Source: an uncultured virus (IMG/VR IMGVR_UViG_3300009154_000049) (lineage: Duplodnaviria; Heunggongvirae; Uroviricota; Caudoviricetes). From it: a DNA stretch of 64,000 nucleotides. Below, one piece after another: positions 36,401 to 45,677 of the stretch (position 1 is its first letter; each line of letters begins with the position of its first letter). Made by a program: the position numbers and the translations under genes. The DNA lies in IMG/VR virus record IMGVR_UViG_3300009154_000049; one strand, given 5' to 3'. The notes under the pieces were generated by a model. That model was not told the origin of the DNA, did no database searches, and saw nothing but the letters and a program-made list of their open reading frames with translations.

Positions 36401-39099
36401 GAGGGATAAGAAGCTTGTATGAAGCTGGTTACTTGCTGACCGTTCACATAGAATTGAACTCTGTTGCTGGTCACAGCCTGTGTGGTGTCTATGGCCCATA
36501 CCAGATGATACCATTGGCTGACATCACGCAGCACAGCATTGGATAAAATCTGACCTGATGTGTTCACGCCTGCGGTATAACTGAGATACATGTTGTCGTT
36601 TTGAAATCCCACATAGAGCCATGGTGCAGTGGGATATCCAGCGGTGAGCAGCGCATAACTGGCACTGCTGCTGATAGTTCCGCGTTTGACCCACGCACTG
36701 AAAGTCCAAGTATTTGTGTTGCTGGCTGTGAATGGTGTGCGATTAAGATAGCCCGAATTGCCGCTTCTCAAACGTAGGCTGTTTACTGGTGCCAGCGTGA
36801 GGGCTGTGCGCTTGGGTAGCTGTCCCAGACCAGGAGGTGTGCTGCTGCCACCGCTGAAGGTTATGGCATTAACTGCCACGTTGCCTGCAGGGATTGTAGG
36901 GCTGGCAAGGTTGTATGTATTGAGTGTATCAAATCCACTGGGCAGCGAGTAGACAAATGGTCGCTGGCCAAAATTCACTGAACCACTGCTGTTGGCACCA
37001 GACGTCCACGTCCCCATGATGAAATACAAAGGTCCAACCCATACCATACCGGTCACGGTGGCATTCAGCACACCGTTCCTATAGAAATAGATGTTTGCAT
37101 TATCAAGATCAACTGCTATGCCGTAGATATCATTGATGTTGATGGCACCGCTTGGACCCGTGACAGTGCCTGATGTCTTCTCCACAGCTAATGGGGCGCC
37201 ATATGCACCAATGTCCCAGTAGTAGGTTGGGTATGCTGATAGCGACATACCAGCATTACCGTTGCCCCAGACTCCGGCTATCATGTTTGGTGTAGTCGCT
37301 GTGAATTCGGCATAGTATTTTCCAGAGGTCATACCTATAGTTGAATAGAATGCCAATGCTGCACCGGTCGATGTCCAATCTAAATTACCGTTAATCAAGG
37401 TATAGGTTGATCCGCTGATCAGTACCCTTTGTAATGGATTGAGCGTGGCATAGTTGGCAGTCGAACCGTTGGCCAGTGTTGGACTGTCCAGCATGCTATC
37501 GTATGTGGTGCTGGAGCCAGACGTGGTATACTGCAGGATCACTATGCCACTGCCACCTGCGCTGGCGCTGCTGTTGGCGCTGCGCCCCTGCGCCCCGCCA
37601 CCACCGCCGGTATTAGTTGTGCCTGCTGTGCTGGCTACATAGGTAACTGACGTAGAAGCATTGCTGACTGCCGCTCCAGATCCGCCGCCGCCTAGACCAC
37701 CAGCACCTACCACAGCAGTGCCCTGATCCCACTGTGAACCGCCACCACCGCCACCGCCATAATACGCACCGGTACCAGATATGTAGCTGACCACACCATT
37801 GCCACCGGTGCCGCCGCTGTAGGCATTGACTGGACCAACTCCAGCTTGGCTCGCGCCGCCACCTCCGCCGCCTGCTCGCTGTGTATAAACGCCAGCTACT
37901 TCCAGACCAGGACCACCTCCTGCAAAACCCTGTCCTGTGGTGCCAGCACCGCCGCTTGATCCAACGACTATGCTGTTTTCGCCACCACCACCGCCACCAC
38001 CTGAACCACCGCTGTTGCCGTTGGGCAAGCCACTGGCAGTGAGCTGTCCTGCTCCGCCCCCGCCGCCCAGTGCTATGATGTTGTTGCCAAACTGGCTGTT
38101 GCCGCCGTTACCACCATTAGATGGATCGCTCTGTGCTGATCCGCCTGCTCCAACGGTAACCGTGTAGCTCTGTCCAGGGACCACTGGCACGTTACCTTGT
38201 AACACGCCTCCACCACCACCACCGCCGCCGTTGTGGTTACCACCGGCGCCGCCACCTGCTACCACGAGATAGTTCACGCTGGTCACCCCTGCTGGTGCCG
38301 TCCATGAGGTAGTTCCGGTGCTGGTGAAGCTGGTGATGGTGGTGGCTGTGGCCAAGCTGATGTTGGTCGTGGCCCAGAAGTTGCCGTTACCACTGAAATC
38401 CCTGCCCAGACCAGTGTTGGATAACAGCGTGAGGCCGCTGGTGTCAGTGAAGGGCAGATAGAAACCGTTGTTACCATAAGTGCCGATGTATTTGTTAGCA
38501 CCCCACACGCCTGTGGTGGGATTGAAGTTACCAAACGCAAATGGTGTGAGCTGTTGTCCGTCAACGAAGTTGACTTCGGCCATGTACCCATCAAAGTCTT
38601 CGCTGGTATTGTAACCTAGAAAATTCGTGCCCGCAGCATTGATGCTGGTGTTATAGTTCTGCGAAGGATAGGTTGATGTACTGAATGATGTGATTTGTAA
38701 ACCATTAACATATATCTTTACCCTGTTACTAGCAGTAGCCTGCGAGGTATCAACTGCCACAACGAAATGATACCATGCACTGGGATCTCGGAATACCTGC
38801 GTAGTGACCAAGTTACCACTAGATGCTCCATTAAATAACATTTGAAAAACGTCATTGTTAAATCTGAATGCCTCGTCGCCGTTGGTCAGGCTGGCCATGA
38901 TCCTATAATAGCCCGAGGCTAAACTACCGCGCTTGATCCACCCACTCCAGGTCCATATCTTGTTGTTGGTTGGCGTGCCAAACGTCCTAGTTAGATAACC
39001 GGTGGCGGACTGCCTTAATCTCAGGCTGCGATTGATGCTGTAAGCGCCTGTGGTGCCTGTGGCTATCATGCCACCGGATATGTCTGCTCCATATCCCAT
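33403..39099 (-). CDS. giant multi-LamG/ConA lectin and glycine-rich fibre protein (1898 aa)
   Basis: Several FT.E.W...W.H.A.V...L(F/Y)VNG LamG blocks, two VV.GGG glycine-rich domains, one SPRY-like block. Confidence 0.85.
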   Translation of the reverse strand: MGYGADISGGMIATGTTGAYSINRSLRLRQSATGYLTRTFGTPTNNKIWTWSGWIKRGSLASGYYRIMASLTNGDEAFRFNNDVFQMLFNGASSGNLVTTQVFRDPSAWYHFVVAVDTSQATASNRVKIYVNGLQITSFSTSTYPSQNYNTSINAAGTNFLGYNTSEDFDGYMAEVNFVDGQQLTPFAFGNFNPTTGVWGANKYIGTYGNNGFYLPFTDTSGLTLLSNTGLGRDFSGNGNFWATTNISLATATTITSFTSTGTTSWTAPAGVTSVNYLVVAGGGAGGNHNGGGGGGGGVLQGNVPVVPGQSYTVTVGAGGSAQSDPSNGGNGGNSQFGNNIIALGGGGGAGQLTASGLPNGNSGGSGGGGGGGENSIVVGSSGGAGTTGQGFAGGGPGLEVAGVYTQRAGGGGGGASQAGVGPVNAYSGGTGGNGVVSYISGTGAYYGGGGGGGSQWDQGTAVVGAGGLGGGGSGAAVSNASTSVTYVASTAGTTNTGGGGGAQGRSANSSASAGGSGIVILQYTTSGSSTTYDSMLDSPTLANGSTANYATLNPLQRVLISGSTYTLINGNLDWTSTGAALAFYSTIGMTSGKYYAEFTATTPNMIAGVWGNGNAGMSLSAYPTYYWDIGAYGAPLAVEKTSGTVTGPSGAININDIYGIAVDLDNANIYFYRNGVLNATVTGMVWVGPLYFIMGTWTSGANSSGSVNFGQRPFVYSLPSGFDTLNTYNLASPTIPAGNVAVNAITFSGGSSTPPGLGQLPKRTALTLAPVNSLRLRSGNSGYLNRTPFTASNTNTWTFSAWVKRGTISSSASYALLTAGYPTAPWLYVGFQNDNMYLSYTAGVNTSGQILSNAVLRDVSQWYHLVWAIDTTQAVTSNRVQFYVNGQQVTSFIQASYPSQYQSLFANNTVGHQIGGYTGQFYDGYISEVNFVDGQQLLPSAFGTTNTDGQWVPIPYIGTYGINGYRLPFTGNVTSSYAGSFDGSTTYITNNSADPNLNLSQNNFTVEGWYYSTNVNSNNARYMVFQPGQALGADISNSNNTVTVSGTPAWSQFSPYGASTQGGSLYFNGTNTSLQSNSSTGNFLFGNGNFTVEAWIYPLNITAYQYLASVWGVIGGPGDNAQSCWQIRINTSGNLEAILNNGSANTTLTGSTVLTLRQWQHVALVRYNNVITLFVNGVNVGSTAYTSTLNNVPTTQFVIGQQLPSSYYFNGYMTNLRIVNGTALYTTPWFVPPTAALLIVNSTQTVLLMNVGSAGAYIADSSNYAQSLTINGSLVFDPSSPYSPVNFGGSAYLDGSSANFNVTTVSAFQLATANTPFTIECWAYPVSTPSGSALIAAAWPSSGNIPFTIAFLNNLAAGVSGSNLSAGWYNGSAWQTVIQTTTNLTLRTWSHVALSYDGTTARLFLNGSQIGSATGAWTTAAIQNTLYVGRRWDSNASPFFNGYITNVRFVNGISMYGSNFTPQTNAALTAVPNTVLLMNTTSNGNTWGLIPSASTNFALNLFGGSPFAFNTTTVNSSMKLNVWQHIALVRQGQVTTLYVDGVASASTVYPWWPNSPTQYFVGGITGTFAAYFTGQISNFRIVLGYAVYTSNFIPQTSPLTSIPGTYALTLNALGLQQLYTINTAGGVYNSGTNSYSFTFVPPAGVTSVSVVAVGGGGGGSLTWSGGGGGGGGLGWRNSISVVPGQSYTVVVGAGGIAQGNATSAAAAGGTSYFISTATVAGYGGGQGGSHSTSAGGGYGGGWVGDGGGRGGDGAYNGAWNYAGGGAGGYTGNGGDAANSQSNGTAAPAGGGGSAGGYYSSTYGQPGGGGVGIFGQGASGAATGNGYSGGNGGSGGGNGSPGEPYSSTSQSNLIYGGTYGGGGGGSGTSFGGGPGGPGAVRIIWGGGRAFPATNTADQ

Positions 39100-39107
39100 G
39101 GCTTACC

Positions 39108-42100
39108 TCACGCTATGTTCAGCACGGCATTCACCGTGATGCTGGAAGCTGTCCTCACAGTATAAAACAGCGCATCCACTGCGTTGGCCGTGGTGGTCAG
39201 CGTGGGTGTGACACCGCCTGGGAACCTCCACCAGCTGCCATATGTCAGCGTCCTCGAACCAGTGCTGTCCTGTCCCACATACACCACGCCGCTCTGTCCT
39301 GGTATTACTGTCTGCGGATTGGCCAGCACACCGTTACCGCCTAACGTAATCGCAAAGTTATTGGCTATGCTGAAATTGGGCGTCATGGTGGTGGCATAGT
39401 TGATGGTGCTGATCACGCTGGCACCGCTGCCGTTTAGATAGAAGGTGGTCAGTGGCAGCTGTGTGCCGATGCCCACGTTGCCCACGCCATTGATGATCAT
39501 TGGCTCGAAGTAAGTCTCAGAACCCTGTGCGCCGCCCACGTTCCAGAACTGCAATCCGCCGCCCTGCGTGGCCTGTATGGCAGCACCGCCGTTGTTGCCC
39601 ACCAGCATCTGTATGCCAGCACCGCTGTACACGCCTGCTATGGTACCACCAGGATTGGCAATGCTCAGTGCTATAGCACCATCACGCGGCAGAGTTGACG
39701 TACCTATCAGCAGGTTGCTGTTGGCAGTCCAAGTGGGTCCACCCGTGCTGAGCTTGACAGGAGTCACAGATCCGTCTGGTGGTATGGCAGTGCCTGTGCT
39801 GTAGGTGTTGACCACTATTTCAATGGCAGTACCCACTGGTGGTGGCTGCGTGAAAGTGATGTTGGTACCTGTCCAGGTGTAGGTATTCTTCCTCTGATAC
39901 ACGCCCTGTAGGTAGATGTTGGTGTTCAACGTGGTGGTAGCTGTGTAGTTGCCTGTGGGGAACACAGAGGTCACGCCATCACCAGTGTAATCAAACACAC
40001 TCACAGCACTCGGTACAGATGTTAAGCTGCTGCCATCGGCAAAGTTCAGCGCGCCTGTGAGCGTCACGCTGCTGGTGTTGACGTTGCCCACGGTGATGTT
40101 GCCTGCGGCAGTGATCGTACCACCAGTGGTTATGCTGCCAGCTGCTGCGATAGCGCCTTGTACCTGTAGCCTGTTGCCGGCAGTGATGCTGTTGGTGCCT
40201 ATGCCCACGTTGCCGCTGGCATCTATCCTAGCACGTTCCAACCCCGCAGTGCTGAATGCCATGGTGTTGGTGCCAGGGCTGTACATACCTGTTGTGCTGT
40301 TGTTGAGCCAGGTATATCCAGGGCGTGCTGCGCTGTCGCTCTGGCTGCCCTGTATCTGCGTGGCTGCAGCACCTGCGAAGAAGTTGGCACCTATGGTTAG
40401 ATTGCCATTCACATCCCAGACTGGTCCACCTGTGCTGAGGCTGTTGGGAACCACAGAACCTGCGTTGGGAACTATCACGCCTGTGGTGTAGGTGTTTACC
40501 AGTATTTCAATAGCAGTGCCAACAGGTGGCGCCTGTGTAAACTGTATGGTGCTGCCCGTCCACGTGTAGGTGTTCTTGCGCTGATACACACCCTGTAGGT
40601 AGATGTTGGTGTTTAGCGTGCTGGTTGCACTGTAGTTACCAGTGGCAAAACTGGTGGTCACTCCATCGCCAGTGTAGTCAAATACACTGATGCCCTGTGC
40701 CACAGAAGTGAGGCTGCTGCCGTCGCTGAAGTTGATCCCGCTGCTGACATTTAGCGTGGTCACTGCTGTGTTGCTCAGAGTGGTAAAGCCACTGCTGCGT
40801 ATGTTGCCAGTTACTGTGAGATTGCCCGTGACCTTGACGTTGCCGCCTGCGTCCCAGCTGGGCCCGCCATTGCTTAGCTTGGCAGGTGTCACTGACAGAT
40901 CATTGGGCACACCTATGCTGAATGTGGCACTGCTGACCAAGATCTCCACAGCAGTGCCAACTGGCGGTGGGGTGGTGAACACGATGTTGCTGCCCACCCA
41001 GCTGTATTGGTTCTTGCGCTGATAGACACCCTGCACATACACGCTGGTGCTGATGGTCAGACCACTGTAGTTGCCTGTGGCAAAGCTAGTCGTTAAACCG
41101 TCGCCTGTGTAGTCAAACAGGCTGGTGCTAGTAGCTCCGCTGGTGAGGCTGCTGCCGTCGCTGAAGTTGATGGCGTTGCTCACAGTGACTGTGCTGGCTA
41201 GGAGGTTGCTGATGCTGACATTGCCCATGGTGACCCATGCGCCCATGATCTGCAGATTGCCGCCTACCGTGACGTTGCCGCTCACGTAGGCATTGCCCTG
41301 CACTGCTAATATGTTGCTGGTACCAGTGGTTAGAGTGCCTATACCCACGTTGCCGTTTGGACCAACTGTCAAGGCACCTTGGCCGTTGGCAGCTATGATC
41401 ACGGTGTTGCCTGTGGATCCCAGGAAGAGGCCGTTGCCGGTCACAGTGGCCCCAGGTACTAATTGATAGCTTTCAGCTGTTACATTGCCTGACACTGTGA
41501 GGTTACCAGTGGCGTCCCAGGCTGGTCCACCAGTGCTGAGGCTGGTGGGAGTCACTGATCCAGTGGCAGGTATGTTCACGCTGTTGGCGTTGGTGTTGAC
41601 CACGATTTCGATGGCAGCACCCACTGGCGGGGCAGCAGCAAAGGTTATGTTGGTTCCAGTCCAAGAGTAGGTGCTCTTCCTCTGATACACACCCTGAATG
41701 TAGATGTTGGTGTTCACGCTGGTAGTGGCCACCAGCGGGTAGGTGCTAAACACGGTGGCAGCACCGTTGCCTATGTAGTCAAACACTGTGACGTTGTTTG
41801 GTGCGCTGGCCAGCGTGCTTCCGTCTGCGAAGGTCAGCGTTCCTGCTAAGGTCAGTGCTGTGGTGCTGACATTGCCTGCGACCAGATTGCCAGAGACTGC
41901 CAAGTTGCCATTTGGATACCACGTGGGTCCACCAAGGCTAAGCTTGCTGGGTGTGACAGATCCATCGTTGGGCAGTATGATGCCTGTGGCATAGGTGTTG
42001 AGCACCAATTCTATGGCTGTGCCGCTAGGTGGTGCGCTGAGGAACTGCAGCTGCGTGCCAGTCCAGGTGTAGGTGTTCTTCCTCTGATACACGCCCTGTA

Positions 42101-43283
42101 GGTACACGTTGGTGTTGAGTGTGCTAGTAGCTGTGTAGTTACCGGTGCTGAAGCTAGTAGTAACACCGTCGCCGGTATAGTCTATGACAGTGATAGCGCT
42201 GGTCACGCTGGTTAAGCTACTGCCATCACTGAAGAAAATTCCGCCAGATCCCATGTTTAGCGTGCTGGCTACCACGTTGCCCATGACAGTCTTGCCGCTC
42301 ACAGTGAGGTTGTTGCCCACCGTGAGATTGCTGGTTACCTTGACGTTGCCGCCGGCGTCCCAGCTGGGTCCACCGGTGCTGAGGCTCACAGGATACACCG
42401 AACCGGCCTGCGGAGTGATCACGCCCGTGGTGTAGGTGTTGAGATTGATTTCAATGGCTGTGCCCAGTGGTGGCGCCACGCTGAATATGATGTTGGTACC
42501 TGTCCAGCTATATGTGCCTTTGCGCTGATACACCCCCTGCAGGTACACGTTGGTAGCATAGGTGCTGGTCGCGCTGTAGGGCGCTGTGCTGAAGGTGGTC
42601 TGGTTGCCATCACCTGTGTAGTCAAATATCTGCACAGCATTGCTGGCTGAGGTAATGCTGCTGCCATCGCTGAACACCACAGCATTGCTAACTGTAACTG
42701 TCTTGCTGTTGAGATTGGCCACGTTGGCATTGCCAGTTACTGTGATGTTGCTGTTGATCAGCACGTTGGCATTGAACGTGGCACCAGTGGTGGTGACAAG
42801 ATTGCCAAACACTAATAGGTTACCGCCCTGATCCCAGCTGGGTCCACCAGTGCTGAGACTGCTGGGCGTCACAGATCCGCCTGCTGGCACGTTGATCTGG
42901 CTCACGAAGGTGTTGATTATGATCTCTATGGCAGTGCCCACAGGTGGCGCTTGGCCAAACACTATGTTGCTGCCAACCCAGTTGTACTGGTTCTTTCTCT
43001 GATACACGCCCTGTATGTAGACGTTGGTCTGAGCAGTGGTTCCGCTGTAGTTGCCGGTGGCAAATGATGTCTGCACGCCGTTGCCTGTGTAGTCAAACAC
43101 TGCCAACGCATTAGTAGCACTGGTGATGCTGCTGCCATCGCTGAAGTATAGTGCCCCACTTAGTATGGTGTTTACAGCGCTGACGTTGCCACTGGCTGAG
43201 ACATTGCCACCCGTGAGCTGGCCGCTCGTGATGAGATTGGCCGTAGCGCTGAACATAGAGCCGGGTAGGAAATCAGTCATCAA
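39108..43283 (-). CDS. fibre protein with seven copies of a ~90-aa module (1391 aa)
   Basis: 7x (F/I)DY.G.G..T.F.T..Y...N.Y.QGVYQRK..Y.W...PP.G.AIE; C-terminal QD.TGSRTL..G..W.F.GG..P.L domain. Confidence 0.85.
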   Translation of the reverse strand: MMTDFLPGSMFSATANLITSGQLTGGNVSASGNVSAVNTILSGALYFSDGSSITSATNALAVFDYTGNGVQTSFATGNYSGTTAQTNVYIQGVYQRKNQYNWVGSNIVFGQAPPVGTAIEIIINTFVSQINVPAGGSVTPSSLSTGGPSWDQGGNLLVFGNLVTTTGATFNANVLINSNITVTGNANVANLNSKTVTVSNAVVFSDGSSITSASNAVQIFDYTGDGNQTTFSTAPYSATSTYATNVYLQGVYQRKGTYSWTGTNIIFSVAPPLGTAIEINLNTYTTGVITPQAGSVYPVSLSTGGPSWDAGGNVKVTSNLTVGNNLTVSGKTVMGNVVASTLNMGSGGIFFSDGSSLTSVTSAITVIDYTGDGVTTSFSTGNYTATSTLNTNVYLQGVYQRKNTYTWTGTQLQFLSAPPSGTAIELVLNTYATGIILPNDGSVTPSKLSLGGPTWYPNGNLAVSGNLVAGNVSTTALTLAGTLTFADGSTLASAPNNVTVFDYIGNGAATVFSTYPLVATTSVNTNIYIQGVYQRKSTYSWTGTNITFAAAPPVGAAIEIVVNTNANSVNIPATGSVTPTSLSTGGPAWDATGNLTVSGNVTAESYQLVPGATVTGNGLFLGSTGNTVIIAANGQGALTVGPNGNVGIGTLTTGTSNILAVQGNAYVSGNVTVGGNLQIMGAWVTMGNVSISNLLASTVTVSNAINFSDGSSLTSGATSTSLFDYTGDGLTTSFATGNYSGLTISTSVYVQGVYQRKNQYSWVGSNIVFTTPPPVGTAVEILVSSATFSIGVPNDLSVTPAKLSNGGPSWDAGGNVKVTGNLTVTGNIRSSGFTTLSNTAVTTLNVSSGINFSDGSSLTSVAQGISVFDYTGDGVTTSFATGNYSATSTLNTNIYLQGVYQRKNTYTWTGSTIQFTQAPPVGTAIEILVNTYTTGVIVPNAGSVVPNSLSTGGPVWDVNGNLTIGANFFAGAAATQIQGSQSDSAARPGYTWLNNSTTGMYSPGTNTMAFSTAGLERARIDASGNVGIGTNSITAGNRLQVQGAIAAAGSITTGGTITAAGNITVGNVNTSSVTLTGALNFADGSSLTSVPSAVSVFDYTGDGVTSVFPTGNYTATTTLNTNIYLQGVYQRKNTYTWTGTNITFTQPPPVGTAIEIVVNTYSTGTAIPPDGSVTPVKLSTGGPTWTANSNLLIGTSTLPRDGAIALSIANPGGTIAGVYSGAGIQMLVGNNGGAAIQATQGGGLQFWNVGGAQGSETYFEPMIINGVGNVGIGTQLPLTTFYLNGSGASVISTINYATTMTPNFSIANNFAITLGGNGVLANPQTVIPGQSGVVYVGQDSTGSRTLTYGSWWRFPGGVTPTLTTTANAVDALFYTVRTASSITVNAVLNIA

Positions 43284-43356
43284 TCACTCCGTTGGAGGCT
43301 GGCCAGAGCACAGCTGGTAATATTTAGCTGGAGGGCAAGGTCAGCTGATCATGAAG

Positions 43357-43383
43357 ATGCCCTGGACTTGGGATCCAGGGCAT
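43357..43383. terminator. 10-bp hairpin downstream of gene 43407-44075
   Basis: ATGCCCTGGA-CTTGGGA-TCCAGGGCAT. Confidence 0.55.
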
Positions 43384-43406
43384 GATGTCGATAAAGCATT
43401 TTATGA

Positions 43407-44075
43407 TTAGACTGGGAGCTCTTCCCAGGTTAGGTAGATGCTGAACACTGCGCTGGTACCGTTAGCATAGGTGCAGAGTCCGATCATGCTGCCCGGCACA
43501 ACGATCAAGTCGCCCTGGAAGTCTTCTGTGAACGTCTGTATCTGACCTGCTACTGTAGCTGCTGACGTAGGACCACCTGCTGTGCGGAAAGCCACACCCG
43601 TAGCCGCTTGACCAGTTAGCGCCTGGTTGTTGTATATGCGTGCCACGCTGCCTGCTGCACTGTTGCTGTTCGTGCTGATGGTTGAGCCAATGATGTTGGT
43701 GTTACTAGTGAATGGCACTGCTGATATGCTGCTTGGGCTTGCGAATGTGTTCCACAGCAATGGACCAGTTGGCGTACCGCTGGTGTATGCCTGTGTCATG
43801 CGCACCAGCGATATGTTCTTGCCAGAACCAGCTGGATTGTAGATGCCCACGATCGGTGCTGCCGGAGTACCCGAAGACGTTGCTGTGGTCATCGCGTTGG
43901 TCTGCGTGATACCGTTCGTGAAAAAGCTGAACATGTTCAAGCGATAGTTGGTCTCGTAGTTCTTGCCGTGCAGCTGGCTTACGATGAGATCCGCCTGCTG
44001 CCCTGCACGCAAGTTTGGTAGAGAGCCAACACCATATGATGTACTGGGTGCGCCTACCTGTCCTTGGATCTGCAT
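43407..44075 (-). CDS. virion structural protein, paralogue A
   Basis: MQIQGQVGAP...HG..YETNYR...WEELPV; AGGAG RBS. Confidence 0.8.
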   Translation of the reverse strand: MQIQGQVGAPSTSYGVGSLPNLRAGQQADLIVSQLHGKNYETNYRLNMFSFFTNGITQTNAMTTATSSGTPAAPIVGIYNPAGSGKNISLVRMTQAYTSGTPTGPLLWNTFASPSSISAVPFTSNTNIIGSTISTNSNSAAGSVARIYNNQALTGQAATGVAFRTAGGPTSAATVAGQIQTFTEDFQGDLIVVPGSMIGLCTYANGTSAVFSIYLTWEELPV

Positions 44076-44087
44076 TGTGTACTCTCC

Positions 44088-44537
44088 TTATGCTACGGTA
44101 TAGTTGCCTGGATTATCCAGGAGATCGATTCTCATTTGATCGATGTCGTTGTCGTTGATACCAGCCATCTGTCCGATCAGCCTGTTTAACAGCTTGAGTT
44201 CGGTAAGCATCTGGTTGGTTGATTCACCTGTCAGCTGAAGCTGGCCGCCAAGTTCTGCGGCAAAATTGTTTTCGTAACCGGGCGCAGCATCGTAGTAGAT
44301 GTTGAGCAAGTCGCCGGGCGCATATGACGTTGTGTTGTATGCCAGCGTGATCACGTTGTTGTTGTTGCTTACCGCAGTGAGGCCCAGACCCTGTGCACCT
44401 GCGATGTAAATGGGCTGGTTGCGCGTGACGTTGATCACAGCGTAGAGCTTGTTGTATTGGAAGTTAGGCCACTGGCTGAAATCCAACGTCTGCGCTGTTG
44501 GGTTAAACGTGGGTTTGAAATTGAGTAACTGCTTCAT
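44088..44537 (-). CDS. virion structural protein (149 aa)
   Basis: TF.P......I.VT.N..IY N-terminus similar to 57916-61215. Confidence 0.75.
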   Translation of the reverse strand: MKQLLNFKPTFNPTAQTLDFSQWPNFQYNKLYAVINVTRNQPIYIAGAQGLGLTAVSNNNNVITLAYNTTSYAPGDLLNIYYDAAPGYENNFAAELGGQLQLTGESTNQMLTELKLLNRLIGQMAGINDNDIDQMRIDLLDNPGNYTVA

Positions 44538-44546
44538 GTCTTTCCC

Positions 44547-44822
44547 TTATAGCGCTAGTTGGTACGTGAGTACCGTGTTCAGTGTGGGCATGGCCACGTT
44601 GGCTTGGAATATCTGTCCAGTGTTCACGTAGAGGTTGCCATTGACATCAATGTAGGCCTGCTGTGAGCTGTTGGTAGCTATGGCTAGGTTGCTGCCCTGT
44701 AGGTACAACCCGTTGGTTGGTAGGCTGTTGCCAGTGACCGACACATTGGCTGCGATAACACCGCCGGTGGTGCCGATCTGTATGTTGCCTGCCAACATAT
44801 CGCCAATGATAAAATCAACCAT
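44547..44822 (-). CDS. short fibre-like protein (91 aa)
   Basis: MVDF start, C-terminal LNTVLTYQLAL; TAAATA box upstream. Confidence 0.75.
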   Translation of the reverse strand: MVDFIIGDMLAGNIQIGTTGGVIAANVSVTGNSLPTNGLYLQGSNLAIATNSSQQAYIDVNGNLYVNTGQIFQANVAMPTLNTVLTYQLAL

Positions 44823-44911
44823 CTCTGTCCTGCTCCATGCGCTGCATGCTTGTATTTATTTGACCCACATCGTTAGCTGTGAGGTCTCTGCCTATCACTA
44901 GCTCGGTAAAT

Positions 44912-44939
44912 GAGACCAGGATGATTAGATCCTGGTCTC
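44912..44939. terminator. 11-bp hairpin downstream of gene 44966-45604
   Basis: GAGACCAGGAT-GATTAG-ATCCTGGTCTC. Confidence 0.6.
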
Positions 44940-44965
44940 GAATACAGATGCTAGCTACTACTGTA

Positions 44966-45604
44966 TTAGACTGGAATTTCTTCCCATTCTACGAAGCAGC
45001 TGATCACGTGTGAAGTACCAGCAGCAGTCGCAGCAAGCGCAACCATGCTACCTGGGGTAACAAGCAAGTCGCCTGCGAGTTCTTCGCTGTAGGTTAGGAT
45101 CACGCCGGTAGCAGCAATGGCAGCTGAGCCGCCTGCTGTACGGAATGCCACACCAGCTGTAGAACCAGTCAATGCTGTGTTGTTGAAGATACGTGTAACA
45201 GAACCCTGCTGAGCAAGGTTGAAGTTGCTGTATGCTGCAGCAAACGAAGCAGTGATGTTCTGTGGGTTAGGAATGGTGTTCCAGAGCAGCGGGCCACCTG
45301 GTGTACCAGAAGTGGTAGCTTGTTGGACACGAACGATTGAAACGTTCTTACCAGAACCAGCTGGGTTGTAGATGCCGATGATCGCGGTACCAGTACCTGA
45401 AGCAATCGGTGAAGCATGAGTGGAAGCAACGGTCAGCGCGTTGATGAACGTGCTGAAGAGCGCACCACGATAGTTTGTTTCGTAGTAACGACCATGGACT
45501 TCGCTGACGATCACGTCACCGAGCTGTCCCTGGCGGATCGGAGGTGTAGTACCTGCCGGAATTGACTGTGCCTGTGGAGCACCAACTTGACCTTGGATTA
45601 GCAT
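44966..45604 (-). CDS. virion structural protein, paralogue B
   Basis: MLIQGQVGAP...HGRYYETNYR...WEEIPV; AAAGGAGA RBS, TAAATA box. Confidence 0.85.
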   Translation of the reverse strand: MLIQGQVGAPQAQSIPAGTTPPIRQGQLGDVIVSEVHGRYYETNYRGALFSTFINALTVASTHASPIASGTGTAIIGIYNPAGSGKNVSIVRVQQATTSGTPGGPLLWNTIPNPQNITASFAAAYSNFNLAQQGSVTRIFNNTALTGSTAGVAFRTAGGSAAIAATGVILTYSEELAGDLLVTPGSMVALAATAAGTSHVISCFVEWEEIPV

Positions 45605-45677
45605 CTGTTTCTCCTTTGAAGTGAGTAGCTATCAACTCTATTTATGCCGCACGACCTACTGTGCCGCATGTTATTCG

